Assembly (NCBI GenBank): GCA_024278175.1
Contig: JAJRTS010000003.1
Coordinates: 6,679 to 70,678, forward strand
Length of the DNA: 64,000 bases
Direction: 5' to 3'
From: Gemmatimonadales bacterium
GTDB taxonomy: Bacteria > Gemmatimonadota > Glassbacteria > GWA2-58-10
The notes under the pieces were generated by a model. That model made no database searches, was not told the DNA's origin, and worked only from the letters and a program-made list of their open reading frames with translations. The position numbers and the translations under genes are program-made. Of this stretch, positions 56,113-64,000 are shown piece by piece. Within the stretch, counting starts at the first letter, position 1; each line of letters starts with the position of its first letter.

Positions 56113-56168
56113 ATAATTATGACTGACCATTCAGTCATAATTATAAGACACGCAACTCTCCCTGTCAA
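56113..56168 (-). promoter_or_regulatory. Consensus sigma70 promoter overlapped by a TetR operator palindrome
   Basis: Minus strand TTGACA(56168)-17 nt-TATAAT(56145-56140). Perfect 14-4-14 palindrome ataattatgactga-ccat-tcagtcataattat (56113-56144). Confidence 0.88.
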
Positions 56169-56220
56169 GGGATTATAATGTTTTTTGTGGGAGATACCCA
56201 ACAGGCTAACCGTTAAGCAA

Positions 56221-57060
56221 CTACCCCTCGCCCAGCGGCCTGTCCAGCTGCGGATGGACACCCTCGGCCGCACTGCGGGCGGCCCCACGGATAAAGTCGG
56301 TGAACCGCTCGCTGTCATCGGCGTCCAGCGTGGCCAGCGCCATGCCCGGCGTATGCCGGACAACGGACGAGAGCACCTGGCCGTTGAAGCGGACAATCAT
56401 GCTCTCGTGCCAGGCCGGGGCTTCGCAGGTATTGGAAGCGCTCAGCCAGATTCCGTTCTCGCTGGCGCGGGTGATCAACGTGGCGGGCGCAACCGAGCGC
56501 ATGTGCTCTGCGCGCGGACCACCGCTCTGGTAACCGCTGAGCAGCACCAGCGACACCCCCGCCGCCGCCAGCCGGCGGAACAGTTCGGGGAAACGCATAT
56601 CGAAACAGATTGTCAGACCGACAGTGAAATTCCTGATCCGGGTCACGGCCAGGCGGTTGCCGGGGCTGTAGGCTTCGCGGTCGGCATCGGTGAGGAATAT
56701 TTTGTCATAGCGGCTCACCTGAGCCCCGTCGGGCCCGATCAACATCAGCGAATTGAACGGCATGGCGGCATTAGGCTCAAAATTGGTCGTGCCATAAGCG
56801 ATCCAGACACCCCTGGCTGCCGCAAGTGCGGCGATATCGGCGCTGCGGCGCTGCAGAAGATCGCGGTCGATAGCGTCCATTTCTTTCACGTGCACGCGGT
56901 TGTAGCCGGTAAGCGCTGCTTCCGGGAAATGCACCAGCGCCGCGCCCTCGTCCGCGGCGCGGTTCGTCCAATACTCGATAGCCTGCCAGTTGCGGCTGAT
57001 ATCCCCGCTCATCTCGAACCCCACACACGCTACTTTCAGCTTACCGCCGGCCATCGCCAT
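56221..57060 (-). CDS. Carbon-nitrogen hydrolase (nitrilase superfamily)
   Basis: Catalytic E-K-C triad: FPEAAL, YDKIFL, ICFDMRFPE; RASENG; GGAGG RBS. Confidence 0.9.
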   Translation of the reverse strand: MAMAGGKLKVACVGFEMSGDISRNWQAIEYWTNRAADEGAALVHFPEAALTGYNRVHVKEMDAIDRDLLQRRSADIAALAAARGVWIAYGTTNFEPNAAMPFNSLMLIGPDGAQVSRYDKIFLTDADREAYSPGNRLAVTRIRNFTVGLTICFDMRFPELFRRLAAAGVSLVLLSGYQSGGPRAEHMRSVAPATLITRASENGIWLSASNTCEAPAWHESMIVRFNGQVLSSVVRHTPGMALATLDADDSERFTDFIRGAARSAAEGVHPQLDRPLGEG

Positions 57061-57193
57061 TTTCGCCTCCTCAAATTTATGGTTCGCCACATTCTTCAAT
57101 ATAACGCCCCCGGCAAGAGAGTAAAGCTGTAGCCTGTTTACGATGACGATATTATCTTGAGCGAATACCAGTCATCCTGACCAAAGAGAAAAA

Positions 57194-58351
57194 ATGAACG
57201 AATACAGCCCCCCCACCCTGCCGCTGCCGAACCTGCTCGAAAATCACGCCCGTAGCACCCGTAACATATTGATATTCCGCTCCGGTCCGCTGGAGATGCT
57301 GCGGGACATCATCGACACTCTACGGCAAGTGATCCCCGCGGCAGAGATAACCCAGTACTGTCACAATGGCCGGCAACTCGATTGCTGCCGCAACCTACTC
57401 TACAGCCATCCCGGCTATTTCCGGCTGGCCCACGCCGATACCGCCGCCCTTCGCAAACAGGAATTCGACCTGACGATAATCCCCTACGCCACCGACCGGC
57501 GGCTGCATCCGGAGTACCACGAGTTGGACAGGATCGCCGCTCAGTCCGGCGCTGATACGATAGTGGCTGTGTTCTGGGACCGCAGCGCCGCTGTGTTGGA
57601 CGAAAACCTGCTGGCGCGCAAACAGCGCGAGGTTGTCGAACCATACCTGAAAAACAAAAGCGCGGCGATAGAGGAGATCCGGCGTTTTACCGGCGAGGAC
57701 CCCGAAACGATCGAGGACCGTTGCCATCTGGCAGCCGCGCGCGGGGACAGGCTGTGGAGCGAGCTTGCGCCGCGCTCAGACGAGGAGATCGAGCGCTTTT
57801 ACACGGGCACCGATTTCTACGTCTACGCCCTGATGAAAGAATGCGACTGGCGCGGGGCCCGCAGCGACACGGTGGAGCAAATCGCGGGGCAACTGCCCAA
57901 GGGGGCAAGCGTGCTGGACTACGGCGCTGGTTGCGCCGCGGTGGGAATCGCGCTGGCCGAGCGGGGCTTCAGGGTGACGCACCTCGACCTGCCGGGGGCG
58001 CTGATCGAGTTCGCCCGCTCGCGCTACCGGGCGCGCGGTCTGGCTGTTACGGTGCAACCGGCCGGGGAAAAATACCCGCTGAACGGCCTGTACGATGCGA
58101 TAATCTGCACCCACGTGCTGGAGCATGTCCCAGACCCGGTTGAAAAACTGCGCCACCTGGCCGCTCACCTGGCTCCCCGGGGCACGCTGTTTATCGCGAT
58201 TCCGTTCGAGGCCAACCCGGTGGGCGGCGAGCATCCCGGCATGCACCTCAACCGTCTCACCCCGGCGGGATACAAGACCCTGCTCGAAGAACTCGACCTG
58301 GCCCGTATCGACCGGGCCGGGGAGATGGATATCCTCCGGCACTATGGCTGA
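57194..58351 (+). CDS. Class I SAM-dependent methyltransferase with an extra N-terminal domain
   Basis: VLDYGAGCA, HLDL, YDAIICTHVLEHVPDP, LAPRGTLFI in the C-terminal half. Confidence 0.85.
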   Translation: MNEYSPPTLPLPNLLENHARSTRNILIFRSGPLEMLRDIIDTLRQVIPAAEITQYCHNGRQLDCCRNLLYSHPGYFRLAHADTAALRKQEFDLTIIPYATDRRLHPEYHELDRIAAQSGADTIVAVFWDRSAAVLDENLLARKQREVVEPYLKNKSAAIEEIRRFTGEDPETIEDRCHLAAARGDRLWSELAPRSDEEIERFYTGTDFYVYALMKECDWRGARSDTVEQIAGQLPKGASVLDYGAGCAAVGIALAERGFRVTHLDLPGALIEFARSRYRARGLAVTVQPAGEKYPLNGLYDAIICTHVLEHVPDPVEKLRHLAAHLAPRGTLFIAIPFEANPVGGEHPGMHLNRLTPAGYKTLLEELDLARIDRAGEMDILRHYG

Positions 58352-58466
58352 TTTTTTCTTCTGCTGGTGTTGTGTCCTGCGAATTTCGACGTTTCCGATA
58401 ACAGTTCGATCAGTTTATAATGATTTTCTTTCACGATAAATAACCTGCTCTCGATTTGTTGAATAA

Positions 58467-58907
58467 TTGCCAATGAACGCGGACAACAAAAAACAACACG
58501 AACGCCCGGTCACAGTTCCACCCTCACAGCCGGGCAGTGTGCTGAAACGGCGCGCTACCGTGCTGGCCGCGCTGCTGGCCGTGCTTGTGCTTGCCAGCCA
58601 CGAGAGCGTCTCGGAGCTGCCTCGCCTGTGCCCCTGGTACAACCTGACCGGTATCGACGGTCCGTTCTGCGGCCTGACCCGCTCGGTTATCGCCACGGCC
58701 GACCTTCAGCCCGCGCTTGCGCTCACGTTCCATCCGTTCGGCCCGTTGGTACTGGCCCTGCTGGTGGCGTGGCTGATCCTGTGCTGCCTGAGCATTGCCC
58801 GTGGCGGGCGAACGATAAAAATCCCCCGCCGGCTGAAAACAGCTGCCGTGATTTCGCTGGCGAGTGGATGGCTCTGCTGGTGGCTGTACTCCGTTATCAG
58901 CGGATAA
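58467..58907 (+). CDS. DUF2752-family membrane protein
   Basis: CPWYNLTGIDGPFCGLTRS...ALTFHP; three TM segments. Confidence 0.8.
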   Translation: MPMNADNKKQHERPVTVPPSQPGSVLKRRATVLAALLAVLVLASHESVSELPRLCPWYNLTGIDGPFCGLTRSVIATADLQPALALTFHPFGPLVLALLVAWLILCCLSIARGGRTIKIPRRLKTAAVISLASGWLCWWLYSVISG

Positions 58908-59243
58908 ATTAACAACCTTCCAATCTCTCCCAAAAAGTGTTGTTTGAGTAATCGCCAGGTACCCGTGCCAGTTTCCTGCCACCGACATTCACCTTACCAA
59001 GCCACTCTGTAAATACTCCGCTTTATGTTTGCACCTGTTAAGACATGCTATTAAGTTAACGCCCGCCCTTAACACTCAAACCTGGACCAGCAAAAACCAA
59101 TCTCAGCTCTATCTCCTTATATTGCTTATTATACTTCGACATATCGGCAAAATATTTTGCTGGCATCCATCTTGTATTGCTCTCCAGCAAATGCAGTCCG
59201 TTATCGGTTTACTTATTTCAATTAAGATTGAAGGAGAGGCAAG

Positions 59244-59567
59244 ATGAGCACGGCAAAAATTTTAGACGAGACCGATTTCGACACCGAGCTGGCCACCGGC
59301 AAACCCGTGATGGTCGACTTTTATGCCGACTGGTGCGCCCCCTGCCAGGTCCTGGCGCCCAGTGTGGAGAAAATCGCGGAGCTCTACGACGGCAGGGCCA
59401 GCGTGGGTAAGCTAAACGTGGACGCCAGCGGCCCGGTTGCGGCCCGGTTCGGCATCCAGGGCATCCCCACGGTGCTGTTCTTCAAGGACGGCAAGTTGGT
59501 GGACCGGGTGGTCGGCCTGGTGCCTGAAACGGAACTGACCCGCAGGCTTGATTCTCTGATCGAATAA
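59244..59567 (+). CDS. trxA: Thioredoxin
   Basis: VDFYADWCAPC, KLNVD, GIQGIPT, FKDGK. Confidence 0.95.
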   Translation: MSTAKILDETDFDTELATGKPVMVDFYADWCAPCQVLAPSVEKIAELYDGRASVGKLNVDASGPVAARFGIQGIPTVLFFKDGKLVDRVVGLVPETELTRRLDSLIE

Positions 59568-59624
59568 TTTTGCACTTCAACTCTGAGTATTTGGCACACA
59601 CTTTAACCGTTGGGAGAATTAAAA

Positions 59625-59825
59625 ATGAAGATGGAACGGATTATTCGCGCAATCGCCGGTAGTTTCGTGCTTGGCTCGCTGGCCCTGGGATGGTGGGTTC
59701 ATCCGGGCTGGTTCCTGTTCACCGCTTTCGTGGGCGCTAACCTGTTGCAGTCCTCGATTACCAGATGGTGCCTGATGGAAATCATCCTGGCCAAGCTCGG
59801 TATCGCCGAGAAGTCCCCCAGGTAA
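59625..59825 (+). CDS. DUF2892 (YgaP-like) small membrane protein
   Basis: MERIIRAIAG...FTAFVGANLLQSSITRWCLMEIIL; GGGAGA RBS. Confidence 0.85.
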   Translation: MKMERIIRAIAGSFVLGSLALGWWVHPGWFLFTAFVGANLLQSSITRWCLMEIILAKLGIAEKSPR

Positions 59826-59860
59826 CTCCAATCCGAGCACAAGGCACAAGGAGGTATTCA

Positions 59861-61222
59861 TTGTTTAAAATTGCTTACACTTTAAAATCCCTGGCGGTGC
59901 TGACGGCAATCCTCGCGGTTGCCGTCGCCCGTCCCGCCGCCGCCGCGGACACACTGGTAGTATCCCTGGGGCAGGTCCTGGACCATGCGCGGGAGAAAAG
60001 CCCCAGGGTGCTGGCGGCGCGCAGCGGGGCACGGGCCGCCGAGGGCATGGAGCTGGCCTCGCTGGCCGGTTTCCTGCCCCAACTGACACTGAGCGAGCAG
60101 TTCAGCCGGGGCAATGACCCGGTCTATGCGTTCGGCACCAGGCTCAGGCAGGGCCGCTTCACTCAGGCCGATTTCGCGCTGAGTTCGCTCAACGAACCCT
60201 CGCCCCTGGGCAACTGGGCCACTCGCGTCGTGCTGGAGCAGCCGATCTTCAATGGAGGCAAGAGCTTATACGGCCGCAAGATGGCATCCAGCTACGCCGA
60301 GGCCGCCCGCAGCGGCAGCCGGGCGGTTACCGACCGCACCCTGTTCGGCGTCAAACAGGCCTATTACTCGGTAATCCTGGCGCGCGAGAACCTGAAAGTT
60401 ATCGACGCAGCGCTTAAGGCAGCCGGCAGCCATCTGCATCAGGCCCGCCAGATGGCGGCTACGGGTCTGGCAACCAAAGCCGACGAGCTCAAGGCATCCG
60501 TGCGGCTGGCCGAGCGTGAGCAGCAGAGCATCAAGGCCGGCAACATGGTGGCCGTGGCCGTGGAAAACCTGAAGCTGGCCGCGGGCTGGCGCTCCGATGC
60601 TTTTTTACTGCCCGGCGAAAACCTGCACGATCGTAAACTTGAGCTGGAACTCGCCAGTTTGATAAAATTCGCCCGCGCCAATCAGCCGTCGCTGGCAGCG
60701 GCCCACTCGGCCGCCCGCGCCGCGCAGTACGGCGCCAGGGCCGCCTGGGGCGAAGTGATCCCCCACCTCAACGGTTTCGCCCGGTACGAGCGCGACGGGA
60801 CCGGTGCGTTCGGCAACGACGGGAACAACTGGATGGTGGGAGTCAGCCTGGACTGGTACCCGTTCGACGGGTTCGGCAGTATCGGCAAGATCAGGAGCAA
60901 ACGGGCGGAGCGCGAAAAAGCGGCCTACGAAGCCGCCCTGGCCGAGCACCAGCTCGAGGTGCAGGTCAAGGAAGCTTATCTGAACGCCGACGCCTCCGGG
61001 CGGATGGTCGGCGTGGCGCGCTCCGCCGTGGAGCAGGCGCGCGAAAGTTTGCGGATTGTGGAAAACCAGTACACCGGCGGCCTGGCGACTATCACCGATC
61101 TGCTCGACACGGAATTGGCCGCCACCGGCAGCGAGTTGTCGCTGACCCGGGCGCTCTATGAGTATAACGTGGCGCTGGCCCGGCTCTCGCTGGTTACCGG
61201 CGGGTACCCGGCCCTGGAATGA
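59861..61222 (+). CDS. TolC-family outer membrane efflux protein
   Basis: GGAGG RBS with TTG start; signal peptide; FLPQL, QPIFNGG, VKQAYY, YTGGLATITDLLD. Confidence 0.9.
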   Translation: MFKIAYTLKSLAVLTAILAVAVARPAAAADTLVVSLGQVLDHAREKSPRVLAARSGARAAEGMELASLAGFLPQLTLSEQFSRGNDPVYAFGTRLRQGRFTQADFALSSLNEPSPLGNWATRVVLEQPIFNGGKSLYGRKMASSYAEAARSGSRAVTDRTLFGVKQAYYSVILARENLKVIDAALKAAGSHLHQARQMAATGLATKADELKASVRLAEREQQSIKAGNMVAVAVENLKLAAGWRSDAFLLPGENLHDRKLELELASLIKFARANQPSLAAAHSAARAAQYGARAAWGEVIPHLNGFARYERDGTGAFGNDGNNWMVGVSLDWYPFDGFGSIGKIRSKRAEREKAAYEAALAEHQLEVQVKEAYLNADASGRMVGVARSAVEQARESLRIVENQYTGGLATITDLLDTELAATGSELSLTRALYEYNVALARLSLVTGGYPALE

Positions 61223-61260
61223 AGCGGGACTGTAAGAATAATAATGGAAACAATTAACTG

Positions 61261-61341
61261 AAATCCCCCTCGATTCCCCCTTTTGCAAAAGGGGGAGACA
61301 CCTCTTCCCCCACTTTAGCACAGGAGGCCGGGGGGGGATTT
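61261..61341. repeat. REP-like palindromic element (CCCCCTTT...AAAGGGGG type)
   Basis: Terminal inverted repeat aaatccccc / gggggattt, with internal hairpin tcccccttttg-caaaaggggga; intergenic within an operon. Confidence 0.65.
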
Positions 61342-61368
61342 GAACAATACACTACCAGGAGTAAACCG

Positions 61369-62442
61369 ATGAAAGTTTTTACCGTTTTAACCGCTTTTGC
61401 CATCTCGGCCGTGCTCCTTGTTGCCGGTTGCGGCGGCAAGGACCTGGCCGTGAAGCAGGAAAGCGGCGGCACGCTCCAGGCTCCGGTGGCTGTTGTCACC
61501 GCCGGTGAGTTCCCGCTCTACACCACCGCGATGGGCAGCGTGGAACCCTACGACCGGGCGCGGATCAGCACCCGTGTGACGGGTTACGTGCGCTCGGTGC
61601 TGGTGGAGGAAGGCGACCGGGTGCGGGCGGGCCAGGTGCTGCTGCGCCTGGACAGTCGTGACGCGGTGAGCAGGATCGAGCAGGCCGGGGCAGCCCTGGC
61701 CGCCGCCGGGAGCCGGCTGGAGAACGCTGAAACTTATTACAACCGAATCAAGAAACTCTACGACGAGCAGAGCGCAACCAGCCAACAGCTGGACAACGTC
61801 CGGACTCAATACGAGGCGGCAAAGGCAGGCGCGCAGGCCGCGCGCAACCGGGTGACCGAAGCGCGCAGCCAGCTCGATTATTATAACATCAAGGCCCCGT
61901 TTGGCGGGTTTGTCACCAGCCGCGCGGTTGCCGAGGGCGACATGGGCGCTCCGGGCGCTCCGCTGGTGACAGTCGAGATGCAGGACAGTCTGAAAATAGT
62001 GACCACGCTGGGCGAAAAGGATGTGGGCAAGATCTCCGCCGGGCAGAGTGCGCTGGTGGAGATCGGATCGGGCCGCTTTCAGGCGCGGGTGGAGTCGGTG
62101 GTGCCCGCCGGCGACCCGGCCACGCGCCGGTTCAAGGTGCGGCTGGTGGTGCCCAACGAGGACGGGACCCTGGTGAGCGGACTGTTCGCGCGGGTGCTGT
62201 TCCGCACCGGGACCGTCGAGACGATCAGCGTGCCGGAAACCGCCATCGTCCGCCGCGGCCAGCTTACCGGCCTGTTCGTGCTCGATGACGAGAACATCAG
62301 CCGCCTGCGCTGGGTGCGCCTGGGCCGCAGCAGCGGTGAGCGGGTGGAGGTGCTCTCCGGCCTGGCCGCCGGTGAGCGGGTGGTGGCCGGTAAGCTGCGG
62401 CAGTTGCGCGAGGGCGTGAAGGTGCGGGAGGTGAGCTCATGA
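61369..62442 (+). CDS. RND efflux periplasmic adaptor (membrane fusion lipoprotein)
   Basis: Lipobox VAGC, VLVEEGDRVRAGQVL, IKAPFGGFV, DPATRRF, VEVLSGLAAGERVV. Confidence 0.92.
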   Translation: MKVFTVLTAFAISAVLLVAGCGGKDLAVKQESGGTLQAPVAVVTAGEFPLYTTAMGSVEPYDRARISTRVTGYVRSVLVEEGDRVRAGQVLLRLDSRDAVSRIEQAGAALAAAGSRLENAETYYNRIKKLYDEQSATSQQLDNVRTQYEAAKAGAQAARNRVTEARSQLDYYNIKAPFGGFVTSRAVAEGDMGAPGAPLVTVEMQDSLKIVTTLGEKDVGKISAGQSALVEIGSGRFQARVESVVPAGDPATRRFKVRLVVPNEDGTLVSGLFARVLFRTGTVETISVPETAIVRRGQLTGLFVLDDENISRLRWVRLGRSSGERVEVLSGLAAGERVVAGKLRQLREGVKVREVSS

Positions 62443-64000
62443 GCGCATCGATGCAACTGGCGGGCAAGATCGGCCAGTCGTTCATGCAGTCCAAGGTTAC
62501 ACCGCTGCTGGTGCTCGCCTCGCTGTTCCTGGGAGCGATGGCCCTGTGGAAGACACCCCGTGAGGAAGAACCGCAGATCGTGGTCCCGATGGTGGACGTA
62601 ATGGTCGGTCTGCCGGGCGCCAGCCCGCAAGAGGTGGAAAGCCGCCTGGCCAAGCCGCTGGAGAAAATGTTCTGGGAAATCCCCGGCGTGGAGTATGTCT
62701 ATTCCATCTCCAGCCCCGAGGGCGTGCTGGTTGTGGTGCGCTTTGTGGTGGGCGAGGAAATCGAGAACTCGCTGGTCAAGCTTTACAACAAGATTTACTA
62801 CAACATTGACCGGATGCCCCCCGGGGCCACCATGCCGCTGGTCAAGCTGCGCTCGATTGACGACGTGCCGATCCTGGGTCTCACGCTCTGGAGCGATGAC
62901 TACGGCAGCTACGACCTGCGGCGGATGGCCCTCGAGTTGTCCGAGTACCTCAAGCAGGCCGACGACGTTTCGGAGGTCGAGGTTATCGGCGGGCAGAAAC
63001 GTGTGCTGCAGGTCAATATCGACCCGGAGAAGCTGGCGGGCTACGGCCTGAGTATCCTGCAGGTGGAGCCGATGGTGCGTCAGGCCAACGTAAACCTCTA
63101 CGCCGGCGGTTTCGAGCGGAACAACCAGCGCTTCCTGGTGGCCAGCGGCGCGCCCGTAACCTCCCGCCGGGAACTGGGCCGCGTGGTGGTGGGAGTTCAT
63201 CAGGATCGCCCCGTGTATCTTGCGGACGTGGCCCGGATCGAGGACGGGCCCGCGGAGCTGGACAACTACGTCTTTTTCGGCCTCGGGCCGGCCGCCGGGC
63301 AAAAGGGTATCGAGGCGGCGGACAACGGCACGTTCGAGCATACGGCGGTCACTATCACCCTGGCCAAGCGCAAGGGCAGCGATGCCACCCGGGTGGCTGC
63401 CGAGGCGCTGGAGCGCGTTGAAAAAATGAAAGGCGTGCTGATTCCAGCAAGCGTAAACATAACCGTAACGCGCGACTACGGGGCAACCGCCGGTGACAAG
63501 GCCAACGAGCTGCTCACCCACCTGATCGCCTCGATCCTGGCGGTCACGCTGATAATCGCCATCTCGCTCAGCCCGCGGGGCGCGCTGATTATCCTGATCT
63601 CAGTGCCGGTCACGTTCGCCCTGACCCTGTTCACTTACTATCTGTTCGACTATACGATCAACCGGGTCACGCTGTTCGCGCTGATATTCGTTACCGGGCT
63701 GGTGGTGGATGACTCGATTATCATTGTGGAGAATATCTACCGCCACTACAGCCTGCGCGCCCTGCCGCCGTTTCAGGCCGCGGTGGCCGCGATCAACGAG
63801 GTGGGCAACCCCACGATCCTGGCCACGCTGACCGTGATCGTCTCGATCCTGCCGCTGGTGACAGTGGGCGGGCTGATGGGTCCCTACATGAGCCCGATGC
63901 CGATCGGGGCCTCGCTGGCGATGATGTTCTCGCTGATGGTGGCGCTGATGATCGCCCCCTGGTTCGCCTACCGCCTGATGAAATCGAGCTATGGCAAGGA
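62439..64000 (+). CDS. RND efflux permease (AcrB/AcrD/AcrF family), 3'-partial
   Basis: ATGA overlap with the adaptor gene. Manual translation shows TPREEEPQIVVPMVDV, INRVTLFALIF and GLVVDDSIIIVENIYRH. Frame is open to the window end. Confidence 0.92.
   Translation, partial: MSASMQLAGKIGQSFMQSKVTPLLVLASLFLGAMALWKTPREEEPQIVVPMVDVMVGLPGASPQEVESRLAKPLEKMFWEIPGVEYVYSISSPEGVLVVVRFVVGEEIENSLVKLYNKIYYNIDRMPPGATMPLVKLRSIDDVPILGLTLWSDDYGSYDLRRMALELSEYLKQADDVSEVEVIGGQKRVLQVNIDPEKLAGYGLSILQVEPMVRQANVNLYAGGFERNNQRFLVASGAPVTSRRELGRVVVGVHQDRPVYLADVARIEDGPAELDNYVFFGLGPAAGQKGIEAADNGTFEHTAVTITLAKRKGSDATRVAAEALERVEKMKGVLIPASVNITVTRDYGATAGDKANELLTHLIASILAVTLIIAISLSPRGALIILISVPVTFALTLFTYYLFDYTINRVTLFALIFVTGLVVDDSIIIVENIYRHYSLRALPPFQAAVAAINEVGNPTILATLTVIVSILPLVTVGGLMGPYMSPMPIGASLAMMFSLMVALMIAPWFAYRLMKSSYGK

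Noticed and set aside
58467-58907. DUF2752 motif lacks one Cys (GPFCG versus CPxCG): possible pseudogene or recoding
   Set aside because: The codon is a plain ggt (Gly), the frame is intact and there is no in-frame TGA. Treated as ordinary variation.
59161-59176. Sigma54 promoter upstream of trxA
   Set aside because: The -24 TGGCA is good but the -12 is TTGT instead of TTGC, and no enhancer-binding protein is nearby. Too weak to list as a feature.

Overview
GC-rich bacterial chromosomal segment. It is probably from a diderm FCB-superphylum candidate lineage, inferred from a 'QNRPNPFNP...MVLLK' C-terminal sorting domain, dockerin-like tails and TonB/TolC systems. The left part is housekeeping: ppdK, an ecfT-truA-degP-purB-purC-psd-pssA run followed by purF, a GH94 phosphorylase, ispG and tRNA-Arg(CCG). 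An AT-rich one-gene islet encoding a membrane sulfatase-like protein follows the tRNA. The middle holds a metal-homeostasis cluster (Tro-type ABC system whose permease is fused to a DtxR-like repressor, and a DUF1007/RcnA-like fusion), panD with a BASS transporter, several polysaccharide/uronate enzymes (two heparinase II/III-like lyases, esterases, a GHMP kinase-nucleotidyltransferase fusion), and a cobalamin riboswitch-btuB-tonB unit. The right part holds thyX, a TetR-controlled LolA-like/FtsX-ABC/beta-barrel operon and a trx-DUF2892-TolC-RND operon. The most striking feature is a secreted protein (29296-30807) with three exactly 86-aa-spaced CxxCH cytochrome c repeats, a dockerin-like module and a T9SS-type C-terminal domain; the third repeat has lost its axial Met. 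A lyase-like protein in the same window carries a very similar dockerin, suggesting a cohesin-dockerin surface complex that couples redox proteins to polysaccharide-degrading enzymes. No CRISPR array, rRNA, integrase or transposase was seen. All family assignments are from motifs recognised by eye, not from database searches.
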